This document shows, one piece after another, positions 12,640 through 25,547 of a stretch of 64,000 bases of DNA. Made by a program: the position numbers and the translations under genes. The notes beneath the pieces are model-generated. The model was not told the origin of the DNA. It worked only from the letters and a program-made list of their open reading frames with translations, and made no database searches. This DNA comes from Styela clava (taxonomy: Eukaryota): contig NC_135254.1 in the NCBI RefSeq assembly GCF_964204865.1, positions 21,446,199 to 21,510,198 on the forward strand, given 5' to 3'. How positions within the stretch are numbered: the first letter of the stretch is position 1; every line of letters starts with the position of its first letter.

Positions 12640-12930
12640 ATATTGGGGATGGCAGAATAGGGATGGCAAAATACGGTCGAAAGGTGGCAGATTAGGGATG
12701 GCAAAATAGGGTCGAAAAGTCATATTGGGGATGGCGAAATGCGGTCGAAGCGTGGCAGATTAGGGATGGCGAAATGCGGTCGAATGGTGGCAGATTAGGG
12801 ATGGCAAAATGCGGTCGAAGCGTGCTGGCAGATTAGGGATGGCAAAATGCGGTCGAAGCGTAGTGGCAGATTAGGGATGGCAAAATGCGGTCGAATTGTG
12901 GTGGCAGATTAGGGATGGCGACGTTTGAGA
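12640..12930 (+). repeat. Subterminal minisatellite, about 45-bp unit, about 7 copies (left arm)
   Basis: Direct tandem repeats of GGTGGCAGATTAGGGATGGCAAAATGCGGTCGAAGCGT with length variants (41-47 bp). Confidence 0.85.
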
Positions 12931-13849
12931 AAGTGAAGGGCATGGTGTCAGTGTTACCGTACCGTATACCGGTACCGTACGAACATTTTAAGGTTCTTAA
13001 GTTTAGCATGTAGCCTGAATGTATCTGCATATGCCAGAGTTACCAGACTTGGACTTTTAATTACTATGGTAACGGTAGACTACCGTATCATCGGACTACC
13101 GGTATGCCTTCGCGGTAGAATTATTGTGTGGCAAGATGTAGGCACGAACACGGTATGTCAAATTGGGACTGGTACCGGTACCGTACCGTACCAGTAACAT
13201 TGCAGCATTGTGTGGAGCAAGCGATAAACTAAAAAGTGAAACTGCTAAAGACATTTGACTGTTTGAGTGAACTCCGCAGACCTAAGCAAAATGTTAATAT
13301 GCATTCTAACTATTTGATACCGGTATATTTAATTGCTGAATTGTCTAACTTCAAATTAGCAGTGGTGTGGCTCATCGTGCTAAGCCTGTAAGCGGAATAA
13401 GCTTGGCATCGCACCTCTTATTACTTACACTATGTCAGTCTGTGTAGGTTCGCAGGTTTAAATGTGGAGATCGTTAGGAATACGCTCGTCACCCCATGGT
13501 TATGTGCGAGAGGATTACTGGACTCCTCGTCGCAGTTGGGTGGTTCACATAACCGCTGGTCGGTTACAGCTTCCTCCACCATCTGGTCCATTATCTCTCT
13601 CCTGGGATAGATATGTAGATCCTATCGTTAATCCGAGCGAGACACATATCATGTTAATTAACTGTAGTAAAAGCCCCGAACTTCCAATTCCATTATAAAA
13701 TTTTATCGTAAATGACATTAAGTCTATAATGACTACTTGAAACTCTGTCAAGTATTTTGATATAATTTCAGATATGAAGATTAAGGTTATCTAGTCTTTA
13801 GGGATATTGCTGCAATGACTGAAGTGAGTCTATTTGTGCCAGAAAGGGG

Positions 13850-14560
13850 ATCAAGAACTTTATAGTTTGCACTTTCAACAAGAGAGCGATGCTCAAATAT
13901 ATGGACACGCAGCCTGAGCGAAGCAGTAGTCCAGCTTACCTTTGACGGTTCGCTAAACACTAGAAGCACCAATGTTCGCTGACCTCGTGACTCGCTCGCA
14001 CGATGAACCACCACATGGTGGCAATTTTTGATGAGGTCATAGCACAAAAGAAATGAATTCCATGCAGCTCTCAGAAATATTGGAAATATATGAAAGTAAT
14101 AGCCTTCAGGCAAATCAATCTTAAACCATTGAAAATTTCAAAGCAATTCGTCCAGTAATCAACAAGAAAAGCGGTTTTTCAATATGTGTCAAAGAACAAC
14201 AACATAATAACAAAATGATCCATATGTCCACTACATGCCCACAAATGAATTGTGACATGGGACTTACTCCAAAACTATTTTTGTACTTCAAAACTGTGTT
14301 TTGAAGTTGATGACCGGCTCACATACTCTACTGTGTATTGGTTCAATCTGCAAATATTCTGAAACTTGAGAATGTTCAGTTCAGATTTGGTATCATTGCT
14401 GATCATTGCTTGGGACAATTCATTAAAAAGAGATAATAATCGTTCAGCTGATAAAGGTTCCTATTTTGTTATAGTAACTTTACCCTGGTACAAAAATGTA
14501 TTGAAGATACTTTCTAACACAATAGCTTCGTGTAGTATTTCACTAGTTCTTTGAATATGA
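13850..14560. repeat. SINE-like dispersed repeat copy plus a degenerate LINE 3' tail
   Basis: 13850-14240 is homologous to 25020-25200, 27700-28100 and 28090-28470 (GAGCGATGCTCAAATATATGGACACGCA...; ...AATAGCCTT..AGCGA.AAATACAATC...). 14280-14560 matches the LINE tail at 7140-7530 (ILKLE..VQF.FG...). Confidence 0.45.
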
Positions 14561-17180
14561 TTATGTTCAAATTTCATAAAGGAACCATTCTAATATAGTA
14601 ATATTTAATATTTATTCAGCATTTTAGCTTATAAGGCAAATGTTAAATGAGAAATTAGACCTAAACTTGTTATTTGTAAAGGGCATATAAAACATTAAAC
14701 TTTAGTGTATGTTTGCTAATCCATATGTTAGTAAGAGTTGTTTATTTGCCATAATTGCTTCTATTAAAATAATTTTCCTATTTTTGTTAATGTAACTTGG
14801 ATCAATCATAAAAATCACTCTCATTGTTAATCTTGTTTTATAGTTTATTTATTGCTACTGTTTTTTATGCAAACTGTATTCCAATTGTTGCATCCAAGGT
14901 TATCCATCCAGCTAATCTAAACATTTTTATGACAGATCAACTTTTTCATAGATTTCACCTAATAGCACATAGTCAGCCCTATAGTTATCATTTTATTTAC
15001 ACAAACATTTGAAAGAGTGCATTCTCCTGGTCTGATCCTTTACTTCCACAAATATTTTATCATTTCGACTTGCTACTAGTATGCAATCTCACTTACTTTT
15101 GTGATTTCCATTTTCGTGTCTTGAAGACATTCTCATAAAATTCAGTTCCTAACCCTACCTAAAATCCCTGAGATCACACAATCGCTGAGATTGAATACCT
15201 TTATATGTTTAATAGGTGCTCCCGTGTGTGCATCCCGTCCCAGCATGTGCACCAAGATGGCACACAGCCTGAACATATTATGTGTACCAGATTAGGGTTA
15301 TCAGGTTGTACGCCATCTCAGTGCACATACTACGGAAGCGTCGTTTAATAACCTAATAGCTCTATTTGTGCTACTGTTCAAATTAATGTCACTGACTTCA
15401 ACTTGTGTACACAAATTCCAAATATTTATTTTTTTCTTCTAATAACGTGCAACATACTAAATTGTATTTGTTTGAGATTACATTTTTCCAAGATACAGAA
15501 ATATGTTTTAATTTGCTTTCAGTATTTTTTGCCAATTATTAAACACTATTTATGGGGACTGTAGCATTTGTGTACACGATATTATATTCTTTGTCTAGTG
15601 CTTGTTTGTTTTGAAGTCAATCAATAAGATCTGATTTTCATTCATGAATCATAACCACTTTGTACTAATGCATTGTCTGCAATCCTAAAATAACAATTTC
15701 TCTGCTACTACTCCATACTGTGTTATTTTGTTCTTGTTATAAGATAAACTTGTTATTTATGTGGGTGGGTGCATATGCTGTTATATATCTTCTATAATGA
15801 AGTTCCTGATTACTTTCTGTAGCAATAGTTTTCAGTGTGTAATCTTGAAATCTTGCAGTGAAAATATGTCTTCCCCCAGATAATGTCCTAGCATTTACTA
15901 AGTCCTTTGGTTAAGTTCATGTTTTAATATGCCAAACTATGCATGGAAACACATGTAATTGTGTGACAACATTTCGAATCAATATGATATACTGGTGTTA
16001 TATGCTTTCATTAATATAAAATATTGTAAATTAATTTCTCAATAATGTAATAATTTTTTATTGGCTGGATATCCCAATTTTTGTGTTCACATTTTGAACC
16101 TTACTGTAAATGATGTAGGATTTCCCATTTTGCATTTCTACCCGATATCTTTACAGCATCATGTCATCTCAAATTATGTGCTTCATGTTATCTCAAATGT
16201 CATCTCTTTATTTCCGTTTACAACTTCTTTCTTGCGCGCATGTATGAATAAACATGCATGGTTCACTAACATTTGCATGTTTTCTCATGAATGTCCTGCT
16301 TGTAATTTTCTTAAAAGCTTCTTAAATATACTCTCACTCTCATGTCAGTACGCTTTCGTTTCTATAATATAAAGCTTTCAAAATCATATCATATTACATG
16401 AGCCAACTTTAGTGTTGCTCAATTTTGAAATGATTGATGATAATGATTTTTTTAAACCTACTTAGTGACAACAACTAGACCATTATAGTTATTTTTGATG
16501 CCTTATACCTTACTTTGAGTCATTCACCATTTACATATCTTAAGTAACCAATGCCATTACCTCAAATTTGAAAATACCATAAAACCTACGATCTCTGGTC
16601 GTTCTTAGAGCATCGATTCACGGGCCTTTCAAACTCTCTGGTCATTTAGTTCAGGGACATTTTATTCATCCCTACATATATACCGTTCAATATGTTTTAA
16701 TGTTAGTCTAGTCTTGGAAAGTTTTGAGATTGTTTTTATCGTGGAAAACTGAATAAAATGAAATAAAGAGGCCTCCTCATTCACTGTTTTTATCGTGGAA
16801 AAATGAAATGAAGAGTTTCTAACGCCTCTTCAATCACGTAGTCGTTAGGGGGTTGTGATTAGAGTGGTAGTGACTTCAACATGGCAGAAAGCCAATCTAA
16901 AAATGCAATTCTCATACAGTGAAATCCCGTTTCAAAGCTCTTTTGAAACCATGGGGAATATTTACCGTAGCGTTGGAACATATTTCGGTTATTAGTATTA
17001 CACAAATTACATAAAATCGAGTACAAGATATTACCTTAGTCTTTCAACTTCAAAGATTATGAGTCTCATGGAAAAATTGCGGCAGCGGGTTTCTCTTCAA
17101 TTAAATACCTACGAGTGGCCAATACCGAATAGTTCACTGTTTCAAATACATTTGAAGTTCAAAAAACGCTTATCTATAAT

Positions 17181-18825
17181 TAGGGCTGGGGAAAATATTC
17201 GAATAGCGAATCGAATATTAAATTATTCGAATGGCATTTTACTATTCGAATATCGGGTACCACGTGATCTGCGTCGCTTCCCTTGGACACGGAACGTCTG
17301 TGAACCGATCGTGAATTGCGCGAGAATTCACCTACAAGCTCGCTCGCTAACAGACAAATTTGAAAAATCGTTTTTGCGTTGTGGTGTTATTTGTTTTCTT
17401 TGCGTTTCGATCGTTCATTTCAATTCCCTATGTTGCACAAAGAGGTACCGACACCGTTCCCTAAATTTAGAAACGTTAAATCAGATGAGGTATTCAAAAT
17501 AAATATTCCAGATTTTAAACTCCGTATGATTGGCGGCACGTGATTAGCCGTTTCATGAATGAACCAAACATAAATTTGTTTAACGAAAATTAAAAGTTGA
17601 ATTAACTTTTGCGTGGAACCATATATACATAGCATAACACGAACAAGCTATGACCAGAAAAGAAATGGCAGGACATAGTTCTTTTAATGTACTTTCAAAT
17701 AATTCTTTAGTGATCCCTTTCATTCTTGACCAAATAATGTTTCGAAAGTGTAAACATTTCACTCGGGCATGCATGGCGGGTGGAGTGTAGAAATCGTGAA
17801 CAGGAGTATGGCGTAAAATCAATCGTGAATTTCGATGTAACAACGCGCACTGTCTCGTTTACGAATTGTTGTATCGTCGGAAATGATTACATTCGTTATA
17901 TTTTTGAGCATTTTTGCACTAATAAATAGGGCGTGACATTGTCAAAATTGTCAAGAGAAGTAAAGGTGAATTCGCGAATTCCGTAAATAAAATTGTGAAT
18001 TACTCGGTAACGATATTAGCTATAATGACCGCGCGGTTTGTTGAAAGAAAACGTCGGAACTTGGAAGAGTTAGTTATAAATAGCGCCTGGCCGTCTATTA
18101 GGCACAAAAGTACAAAAGCGCAATTTTTTCAGCATTTGGTCGCATATGCAAATTATTATTTAGGAAGCGCTGTTTATTAACGTCATCTCGTCATATGGCC
18201 ACGCAGAAATGCCTTTATTGCCGAATTATTTAGTCACTATTTTAAATCAACATTCGGGATTGACGCAATCGCAGCTCTGCGAGGTTTATCTGTAACGTAA
18301 CATAACCACCATAGAAAAGCATAGCAAAGTTAATTACGGTATTGTCTTAATAAATATCTGCATCCCGGTATCGATAATAATATCACCGTTCGCTTAATAT
18401 TGTGACGGTAAATTTACAAACGTTGATAAGTAATATGAAAGCTAACGCAAATGATAAAAATTAGAATAATATTAATTTGGGTTTTTACATCAATCCTTAA
18501 TGGTTTTAACAGTTGTTGCCGACGTGAACGCACGGGTAAACCCGAAATATAAACGTCGATGTCCGCCGACGCGAAAGAATTAATACTTGCAAATAACAGA
18601 AAGGGTCACGGTGACAAAAACAATCATGATTATGACGAAATTAACCAGTAAAAAACGCTTTGTAGCCGGTTTTCAATGTCTTTATTAATTTTCAAAGGGA
18701 GTATCGACCGACGTTGTAGACCTCCTGTTGTGTATAAAAAATATTCGTTATTCGACTATTCGGTATTCGTTAAAATATTCGAACTATTCGATTCAAAAAA
18801 AAATATTCGATTTTGCCCACCCCTA
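17181..18825. mobile_element. Non-autonomous hAT-like element (~1.65 kb) with an 8-bp TSD, nested in the 12616-23347 element
   Basis: TIR TAGGGCTGGGGAAAATATTCGAATA at 17181; its inverse TATTCGATTTTGCCCACCCCTA ends at 18825. Subterminal TTCGAATA motifs at both ends. Flanking direct repeats TCTATAAT (17173-17180) and TCTATGAT (18826-18833), 7/8 match. Confidence 0.7.
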
Positions 18826-19109
18826 TCTATGATATGCGAAGGAATTTGCATGCAATAAACAAAGGAATAACTGGCTATATTACCAGGCATTTCATATTCA
18901 CAGATTACTGCGATATATATTTTAGAATAGTAACGCTTTTATTATTTTATAAGTCGACGTAATCATGAGTTAGTTACGTTAACAGATTTAAATTAATATG
19001 GCAAGGCATTTGAAATAGTGGTATCGGTCATGGATTTGAATATTTGGCGCAACACAAAATCATCCTGGTAAAAAGTTCATACTTTCAAATACCAACCATT
19101 ATTCAAATT

Positions 19110-19900
19110 ATTTGCCAAAAAGCGGGATAAAGTATAAATTATTTTTCCGACCTGGGACAATTTTTCCAAGAGTCCTAAAATACGAATCAAAAATTAATTA
19201 TGTTCAGGCACTTTACCACACATTTAAAGCCCACAAATTGCCGTTGTATTTTGGAGTAATAATACTTTTATTATTTTGTGAATACGAAAAAACGAATCAG
19301 CAATTAATTATATTCGGGCACTTTACCACACATTTTGAGCCCACAAATGGCCGTTGTATTTTGGAGTAATAATACTTTTATTATTTTGTGAATACGAAAA
19401 AACGACTCAGCAATTAATTATATTCGGGCACTTTACCACACATTTTAAGCCCACAAATTGCCGTTGTATTTTGGAGTAATAATACTTTTATTATTTTGTG
19501 AATACGAAAATACGAATCAGCAATTAATTATATTCGGGCACTTTACCACACATTTTAAGCCCACAAATTGCCGTTGTATTTTGGAGTAATAATACTTTTA
19601 TTATTTTGTGAATACGAAAATACGAATCAGCAATTAATTATATTCGGGCAATTTACCACACATTTTTGGCCACAAATTGCCGTTGTATTTTGGAGTAATA
19701 ATGTTTTTATTATTTTGTGAATACAAATCAGAAATTAATTATATTCGGGCACCTTGCCACACATTTTAAGTCCACAAATTCCAGTAGATTTCAAAGTAAT
19801 AATACTTTTATTATTCAGTAAATCCGAAAATAGGAATCAAAAATGAATAATAATCGGGCAGTTCACTACACATTTTATGCTCACAAATTGTCGTCGCAAC
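19110..19900. repeat. Tandem repeat, 112-bp unit, about 7 copies
   Basis: CCGTTGTATTTTGGAGTAATAATACTTTTATTATTTTGTGAATACGAAAA recurs at 19241, 19353, 19465 and 19577 (period 112). Outer copies are degenerate. Confidence 0.85.
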
Positions 19901-20029
19901 CATAAGTTACGTTAATAAACAAAACTAAATTAATAACGCATAATAATTTTATATGCTGGTATCGGTCATGGATATGAATAATTTGCACAACAGAAAATCA
20001 TCCCAGTAAAAAGTCGAAACTTTCAAAGG

Positions 20030-20270
20030 TGCTCCCAAAGTATGCGAACCAAGATGGCGGACATCGGAACGTAACATGGGTAACAGGTTAGGGTTAGGCG
20101 ATAATTTTTTTCCAATTTTTCTTATTTTAGTCCTATTATCAGTTCGAAGACTAGCCAAGAGCCTCCCGTAGTATTTATACCTAAAATTATGGCCTAACCC
20201 TAACCCAGTACACATATTACATTCCGAGCTCCGCCATCTTGGTTCGCATACTTCGGGAGCCCCCTTTCAA
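20030..20270. mobile_element. Palindromic MITE, about 240 bp
   Basis: GGTGCTCCCAAAGTATGCGAACCAAGATGGCGGACATCGGAACG at 20030 pairs with its inverse ...CGGAGCTCCGCCATCTTGGTTCGCATACTTCGGGAGCCCC at 20220-20270. Related half-sites occur at 15230-15340 and 22075-22140. Confidence 0.6.
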
Positions 20271-22399
20271 ATATCATTATCAAAATTATTTGCCATAAAG
20301 CGGGAAAAAGTATTAATTATTTCCTCTAATAAATCGACTTGTTTTCCGACTTGCGACAATTTATTGGGTATCATAAAAATTACGACATTGAATAATCTTC
20401 AATTTCTTGACGTAATGGAAATGAATGTGTAAAATCGTTTGAAGATTCCCGCAAAAACGAAAAACCGTGTTTACGATGAAAAGAGACTATATATTATTCG
20501 AAAATCAGCCGAAAATGTATTCGAATATTTGATTCGTTTTGGACAACCCTGTCTACGAACCACAGTCTTCTTTTCTACAATACAACAATAGTTTTCGTCC
20601 CAATTCTTTAAAAAGGTTCGCCATTCCTGCTAGACTAACCCATCAAATTGCGTGTTCCCTGACTACTACATGAAACATTAGCGTTTTCTGACCATCAAAT
20701 GTTTGAGATTGTTTTGTAAAGTTCAAAAACAATTAGGTTGAAAATTTTCAGTTGCAGATTAGTAGTAATTTGACTCCAGTGTAAATGTCGAATATTCAGG
20801 GAAGTATTTCACTGGCTTTATTTCGCTAAATGTCCGTACAATTATAGAGACCCTGCTCAGCGCAGAATGTTTTCAAAACATTTCGCCTATAAGTTTTTGA
20901 AAGTATAATTTCATTTGATTTCAATTGAAAATCTAGAAAGGCTTTTTGTATCTTATACTCACCAGAACAAATATTACAATCATTAGATATGAATATTGAA
21001 CGTATTACTAGCTCAAAATTAATCCCTCATCAAACGCATTTGAACGTGAAATAACGGTGCACGAAACTACGCCAGTTATAAGCACCATTAAATATTAAAC
21101 AATGCGGATATATATAGCACCAAGGTCTAATCCACCCTATTCCAAACAGCACGAAAAATTCGTCGCAAATGCGTCTTTCCTTGGAATTCAATTGCAACAA
21201 AGAACAAGACTTGCGTTACACGTAACACATTAATTTATAAGTTGCTCCTTCGCTATCCAGTAAGACATGGGTTGGATTCTGTACCAAGTAATGGTAATTA
21301 TGTTCCTCAAGAAGTAAAGCATGCAAGAAGATTCCTAAAAAGTCAAACTAGTCTTCGACATTTTCTTTCTGAAAAACGATAAAATGGATGACTTTGGTGG
21401 TTCCCAACATTTTGTGTTGAAATCTTCTATTAGTTGGTTTTTGAACTGTTTATACCAAAATCCCTATGTTTAATTACCTTGCCTTTTGTAGTATCTTTTC
21501 CAGTGTTATACAAAAGTCGCATTTTCATTTTTACGCAGTTCAAATAGTTTGTCGCGTTTTCATGAATAATATTATACAAAAGTGAGTAATACTACAATGT
21601 ATATTCCTATTCAAAGACTCTCCTCTAGATAGGAATTCACTCAATATCATAAAAATCATTTTATAGCATAATATATCGAACACATCTTTACATCAAAAGG
21701 TTATATTCAAATGATAAAACCAATTAACTTCGAAAGAAATTTTGAGAATTGAAATTAACGAAACACGGAGAATGAACTCTTCATGCAGTGTGATCGTGAA
21801 TTATGCCAAAAATATTTTAAAGCAAAACAGGATTCTTCTACATATATACTTGAGCAATTTGAAATATTTGTAATTGTAAAGAATTGTTTAATAACAGTAT
21901 TTGGAATATAAATATCGCAGGCTTCGGGGTGGCGTAAAAAATTGTAGCGACTATAATACCAGGGAAAAATTGGAATTTCCATGACGAAAGAGATAAAACA
22001 TATGACCTCATAAATGATGGCACGATCCAGAATGCTATGCCAGCCAATGCAGACCTCTTGAAATATGCGCAACAAGCTGGCGCACAACCTCAGGTTAGGG
22101 TTCAGGTTGTGCGACATCTTGGTGCGCATACTTCAGGAGTACCCAAAACTTGATGAGAGAAACGTAATAATATATCAAACATTAAAAGATTGTATTAAAA
22201 TTATTAATCAGAAAAATATGAAAAAAATGTTCAAGACTTGATGAGAAAAATGTAATAATATATAAAACATTAAAATTAATCATAAAATAAAGACACGATG
22301 AAAAATCGGACAATACCTTTTAAATGAATTTTAAAATGTGAAACACTGATCAGATTAATTCCTTAAATTTGACAATGTTCGTTTCCAAATCTGACACGC

Positions 22400-23310
22400 A
22401 TTTCGCCATCCTTAACATGACACCCGTCAACCCACTGCCCTATTTTGCCCTCCCTAATCTGACACGCATCGACCATATTTCATCATCTCTAACCTGACAG
22501 GAATCGACCCTATTTCGCCACCCCCAATTTGACACGCTTCGTCCGCATTTTGCCATCCCTAATCTGCCACGCTTCGACCGTATTTTGCCATCCCTAACCT
22601 GCCACGCTAAGACCGTATTTCGCCATCCCTAATCTGCCACCACGCTTCGACCGCATTTTGCCATCCCTAATCTGCCACCACGCTTCGACCGCATTTTGCC
22701 ATCCCTAATCTGCCACCACGCTTCGACCGCATTTTGTCATCCCTAATCTGCCACGCTTCGACCGCATTTCGCCATCCCTAATCTGCCACCACGCTTCGAC
22801 CACATTTTGCCATCCCTAATCTGCCACCACGCTTCGACCGCATTTTGCCATCCCTAATCTGCCACGCTTCGACCGCATTTCGCCATCCCTAATCTGCCAC
22901 GGTTCGACCCCATTCCGCCATCCCATTTTGACACTCATCGACTGTGTTTTGCCAGCCCGAATTTGACAGGTACTAATCCATTTCATCAGCCCCAAATCTA
23001 AACACTTTGGCCATATTTCTTTGTAATTTCGAGGCAATTGTTAATTGTTATTTGTATACTAAACAGCGCATTATGACAGTCGATTTGGCAAAAACTGACA
23101 CCCATCGACCGCATTTTGCCATCCCTAATCTGCCACCACGCTTCGACCGCATTTTGCCATCCCTAATCTGCCACCATTCGACCGTATTTCGCCATCCCTA
23201 ATCTGCCACGCTTCGACCGCATTTTGCCATCCCCAATTTGGCCTTTCGTCCCTATTTTGCCATCCCTAATCTGCCACCTTTCGACCGTATTTCGCCATCC
23301 CTATTTTGCC
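22400..23310 (-). repeat. Subterminal minisatellite, about 45-bp unit, about 20 copies (right arm; reverse complement of the 12640-12930 array)
   Basis: Tandem CCATCCCTAATCTGCCACCACGCTTCGACCGCATTTTG units. Inner copies (22380-22560) are progressively degenerate. Confidence 0.85.
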
Positions 23311-23522
23311 ATCCCCAATATGACTTTTATGCTACCAACCCTCCTCACTGAATCCTTGCGATTAAAATATTACACGGCTACTGTGCAACAGAGGGCACCA
23401 TTTTCCATGCAAATTGTTTTTCACATTGAAAATAGTGTTTGTCGTACGTTTATGTTTCTCAACTTCTGTTTAAAGTGTAGTATCAATTATATACTTTTTC
23501 ATTGTGTCGGGAAGGTATTGAT

Positions 23523-23759
23523 ATGAAGACATTTTTTTATTTGACAATTATATTCTTGCTACTTCGCCTGCAATACAAATACGCGTTTTGCCAGCGCAAT
23601 GTAATATCCACCGAAGAAAACAGTTACACAGTGTGCCAGAATTTCAAAGGAATTTTTGATCCGAGCAAGCAGAACCTGCATAGTAAAGTAGTTCAAGGAA
23701 TTCCTGGTAAACGAGGACCTAAGGGTGACAAAGGATCACTCGGCAATATAGAAGAATCT
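23523..23759 (+). CDS. Collectin-like gene exon 1: signal peptide, short collagen-like Gly-X-Y stretch and neck
   Basis: MKTFFYLTIIFLLLRLQ is a hydrophobic signal; GIPGKRGPKGDKGSLG is a Gly-X-Y repeat. The donor is uncertain: GAATCT|GTAATA at 23759 gives phase 0, compatible with exon 2. Alternative donors exist. Confidence 0.4.
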
Positions 23760-24290
23760 GTAATAGTGCAAAATTTGTCCGAAGAATTGAAAACCTTCAA
23801 AAGTGAGAAGCTAATTTTTGCAATTACTTAGTGTTTTTAATATCACAGAAAAAGAAATAAAAAGTGGACTTTTTCGTAGCGGTGGCCGATATTTTTATGG
23901 TCCATATGATTTATCTCGCAACGTGTTTTTAAATATACCATTCAATGCTTAAAAAAGATAGTAATCTTGAAATCCGTCTTATGTAAAAATTAAAACCTCT
24001 AACAGAGGACTACACTATCAATTGCACAACATTTGCAGATAAAACACTATATCATTTGAAAAAAGAGTTTATAGAGATTTTTTTCTTAAAAATCAACGAT
24101 TAAGCAATGTCTTTGTCATGTTTGTGTGGCAATATTTTGAAGAGTTATACAAGTTTCAGTTGCAAGCAGAAAAGGCGGATTATTAAAACAAAAAATATTC
24201 TATTACGTATTTAGAATTTCCAGAGTCGTATATAGAGATAGACCAATACCATAATAGAATTTATATTAAATTGGTCAAACTTATTTTTAA

Positions 24291-24515
24291 GACTGTGATG
24301 GACTGTATCGCGCCGGAATTTGCTACTTTTTGTTAGAAGAGAAAGTCAGCTACGAAAATGCTGTCAGCAAGTGTGAATTACACGGTGGACATTTGGCATC
24401 AATTACTAGTCGTCAGTTGTATGGTGCTCTTTTCAGATTTGTGTACGATGGTTTTGTGCTTTGGCAGTCAAGTACATACGCACAGTTTTGGATTGACGGA
24501 ACCTATTCAAATGCA
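24291..24515 (+). CDS. Collectin-like gene exon 2: N-terminal half of a C-type lectin domain
   Basis: Acceptor TTTTTAAG|GAC. Encodes DCDGLYRAGICYFLLEEKVSYENAVSKCELHGGHLASITSRQLYGALFRFVYDGFVLWQSSTYAQFWIDGTYSNA (the C..CY.F....W..A...C...GG.LASI.S..E..F signature). Donor GCA|GTAAGT. Confidence 0.7.
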
Positions 24516-25361
24516 GTAAGTTTTGGTTCCACGTATACATGCTTTGTGGGCATTATTCACGCAGTATTATTATTTAGCAAAATGCGTAGATTATGGGCCA
24601 CTTATACAAGTTACACACTCGCATTACGTTTTTCTCAAATCTCACATTTTTTGCATTAGTAGCAGCATTGGCGGGGTCTTTGTAAAAAAAAACAGATTTT
24701 GTACTACTAACAACTTGTTACCTGGGCCAACATCATTCAAGTTTGGGTAACTTATTCGAAGTGCACTTTATACAGGTCGTGCACTTAGCATATGATGCAG
24801 ATGTTTGAGTGGGTTTACTACTGCACGTGATTGAGGATGGAATCAATAAATTGTAAAAAAAAAAAAATTATAAGTATGAACACCAAGCAGGATACAATTT
24901 GTGCAGATAGTAAAAGTTTTGTAAGTGATACACAAATTATCTGTATCAATTTTCAAAAAGTCATGACACAAAATTTAGAATTGAAAAACGGATCACATGA
25001 ATCCCACAAAATTTTTTGAAAAAAAATAATATTAATAGCCTTATAGCGAGAAATACAATCATTGATCATTGCAAATTTCGAGGTAATTGATCCAGTAGTT
25101 GACGAGAAAAGCGATTTTTTATACGTTAAAAGTAAATACCAACAAGAAGAATAACATAATAACAAAAGGATCCATAGGTCAACTTCATGTTCAATATATA
25201 GAAGTATATATATGGGTATTCTACAAAATAAAATTGCCCAGGCTAGCTTTGGTATAGTTATTATATATGTGATGCAGCTGTTTGTCAATGAAAAACAATA
25301 ATATTAGATATCGTGAGACAACTTGAGTCTCTTTTTCACATTATATTATTGGTATTTACAG

Positions 25362-25547
25362 AATGGTCTCGTTACTCTGAGAGACACCAACAAATCTCCG
25401 TATATCTTGTGGTATCCAGGATACCCACGACCCACGGAGGGTCATGTTTATATGGCATTTGAAGTGAAGAAGTCTTTCAGCGGAAACCAGAATATGTTCA
25501 ACATTAACCCGGCTCATCGGATATATTCTCTATGCCAGAAATCATAA
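25362..25547 (+). CDS. Collectin-like gene exon 3: C-terminal half of the CTLD, ending at the stop codon
   Basis: Acceptor ATTTACAG|AAT, phase 0. Encodes NGLVTLRDTNKSPYILWYPGYPRPTEGHVYMAFEVKKSFSGNQNMFNINPAHRIYSLCQKS*. There is no canonical EPN/QPD or WND motif, so this may be a non-Ca-binding lectin domain. Confidence 0.6.
   Translation, partial: NGLVTLRDTNKSPYILWYPGYPRPTEGHVYMAFEVKKSFSGNQNMFNINPAHRIYSLCQKS

Larger units (their letters stand above)
12616..23347. mobile_element. Large (~10.7 kb) TIR element with inverted subterminal 45-bp minisatellite arrays and an 8-bp TSD; no intact transposase ORF
   Basis: Left terminus TATAGTGGTGGTAACATAAAAGTCATATTGGGGATGGC (12616-); right terminus is its imperfect inverse ...GCCATCCCCAATATGACTTTTATGCTACCAACCCTCCTCA (ends 23347). 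Homology stops exactly at the identical direct repeats CTGAATCC (12608-12615 and 23348-23355). Subterminal arrays of GGCAGATTAGGGATGGCAAAATGCGGTCGAAGCGT sit at 12640-12930 (+) and 22400-23310 (-). Confidence 0.65.

Noticed and set aside
12640-12930. 45-bp array considered as CRISPR or as a coding Gly/Trp-rich repeat
   Set aside because: Head-to-tail minisatellite with an inverted partner 10 kb away. It is better explained as subterminal repeats of a TIR element. There is no long ORF.
17059-17502. 147-aa ORF overlapping the start of the 17181-18825 element
   Set aside because: It crosses the TIR boundary of a non-autonomous element and has no recognisable domain, so it is a chance ORF.
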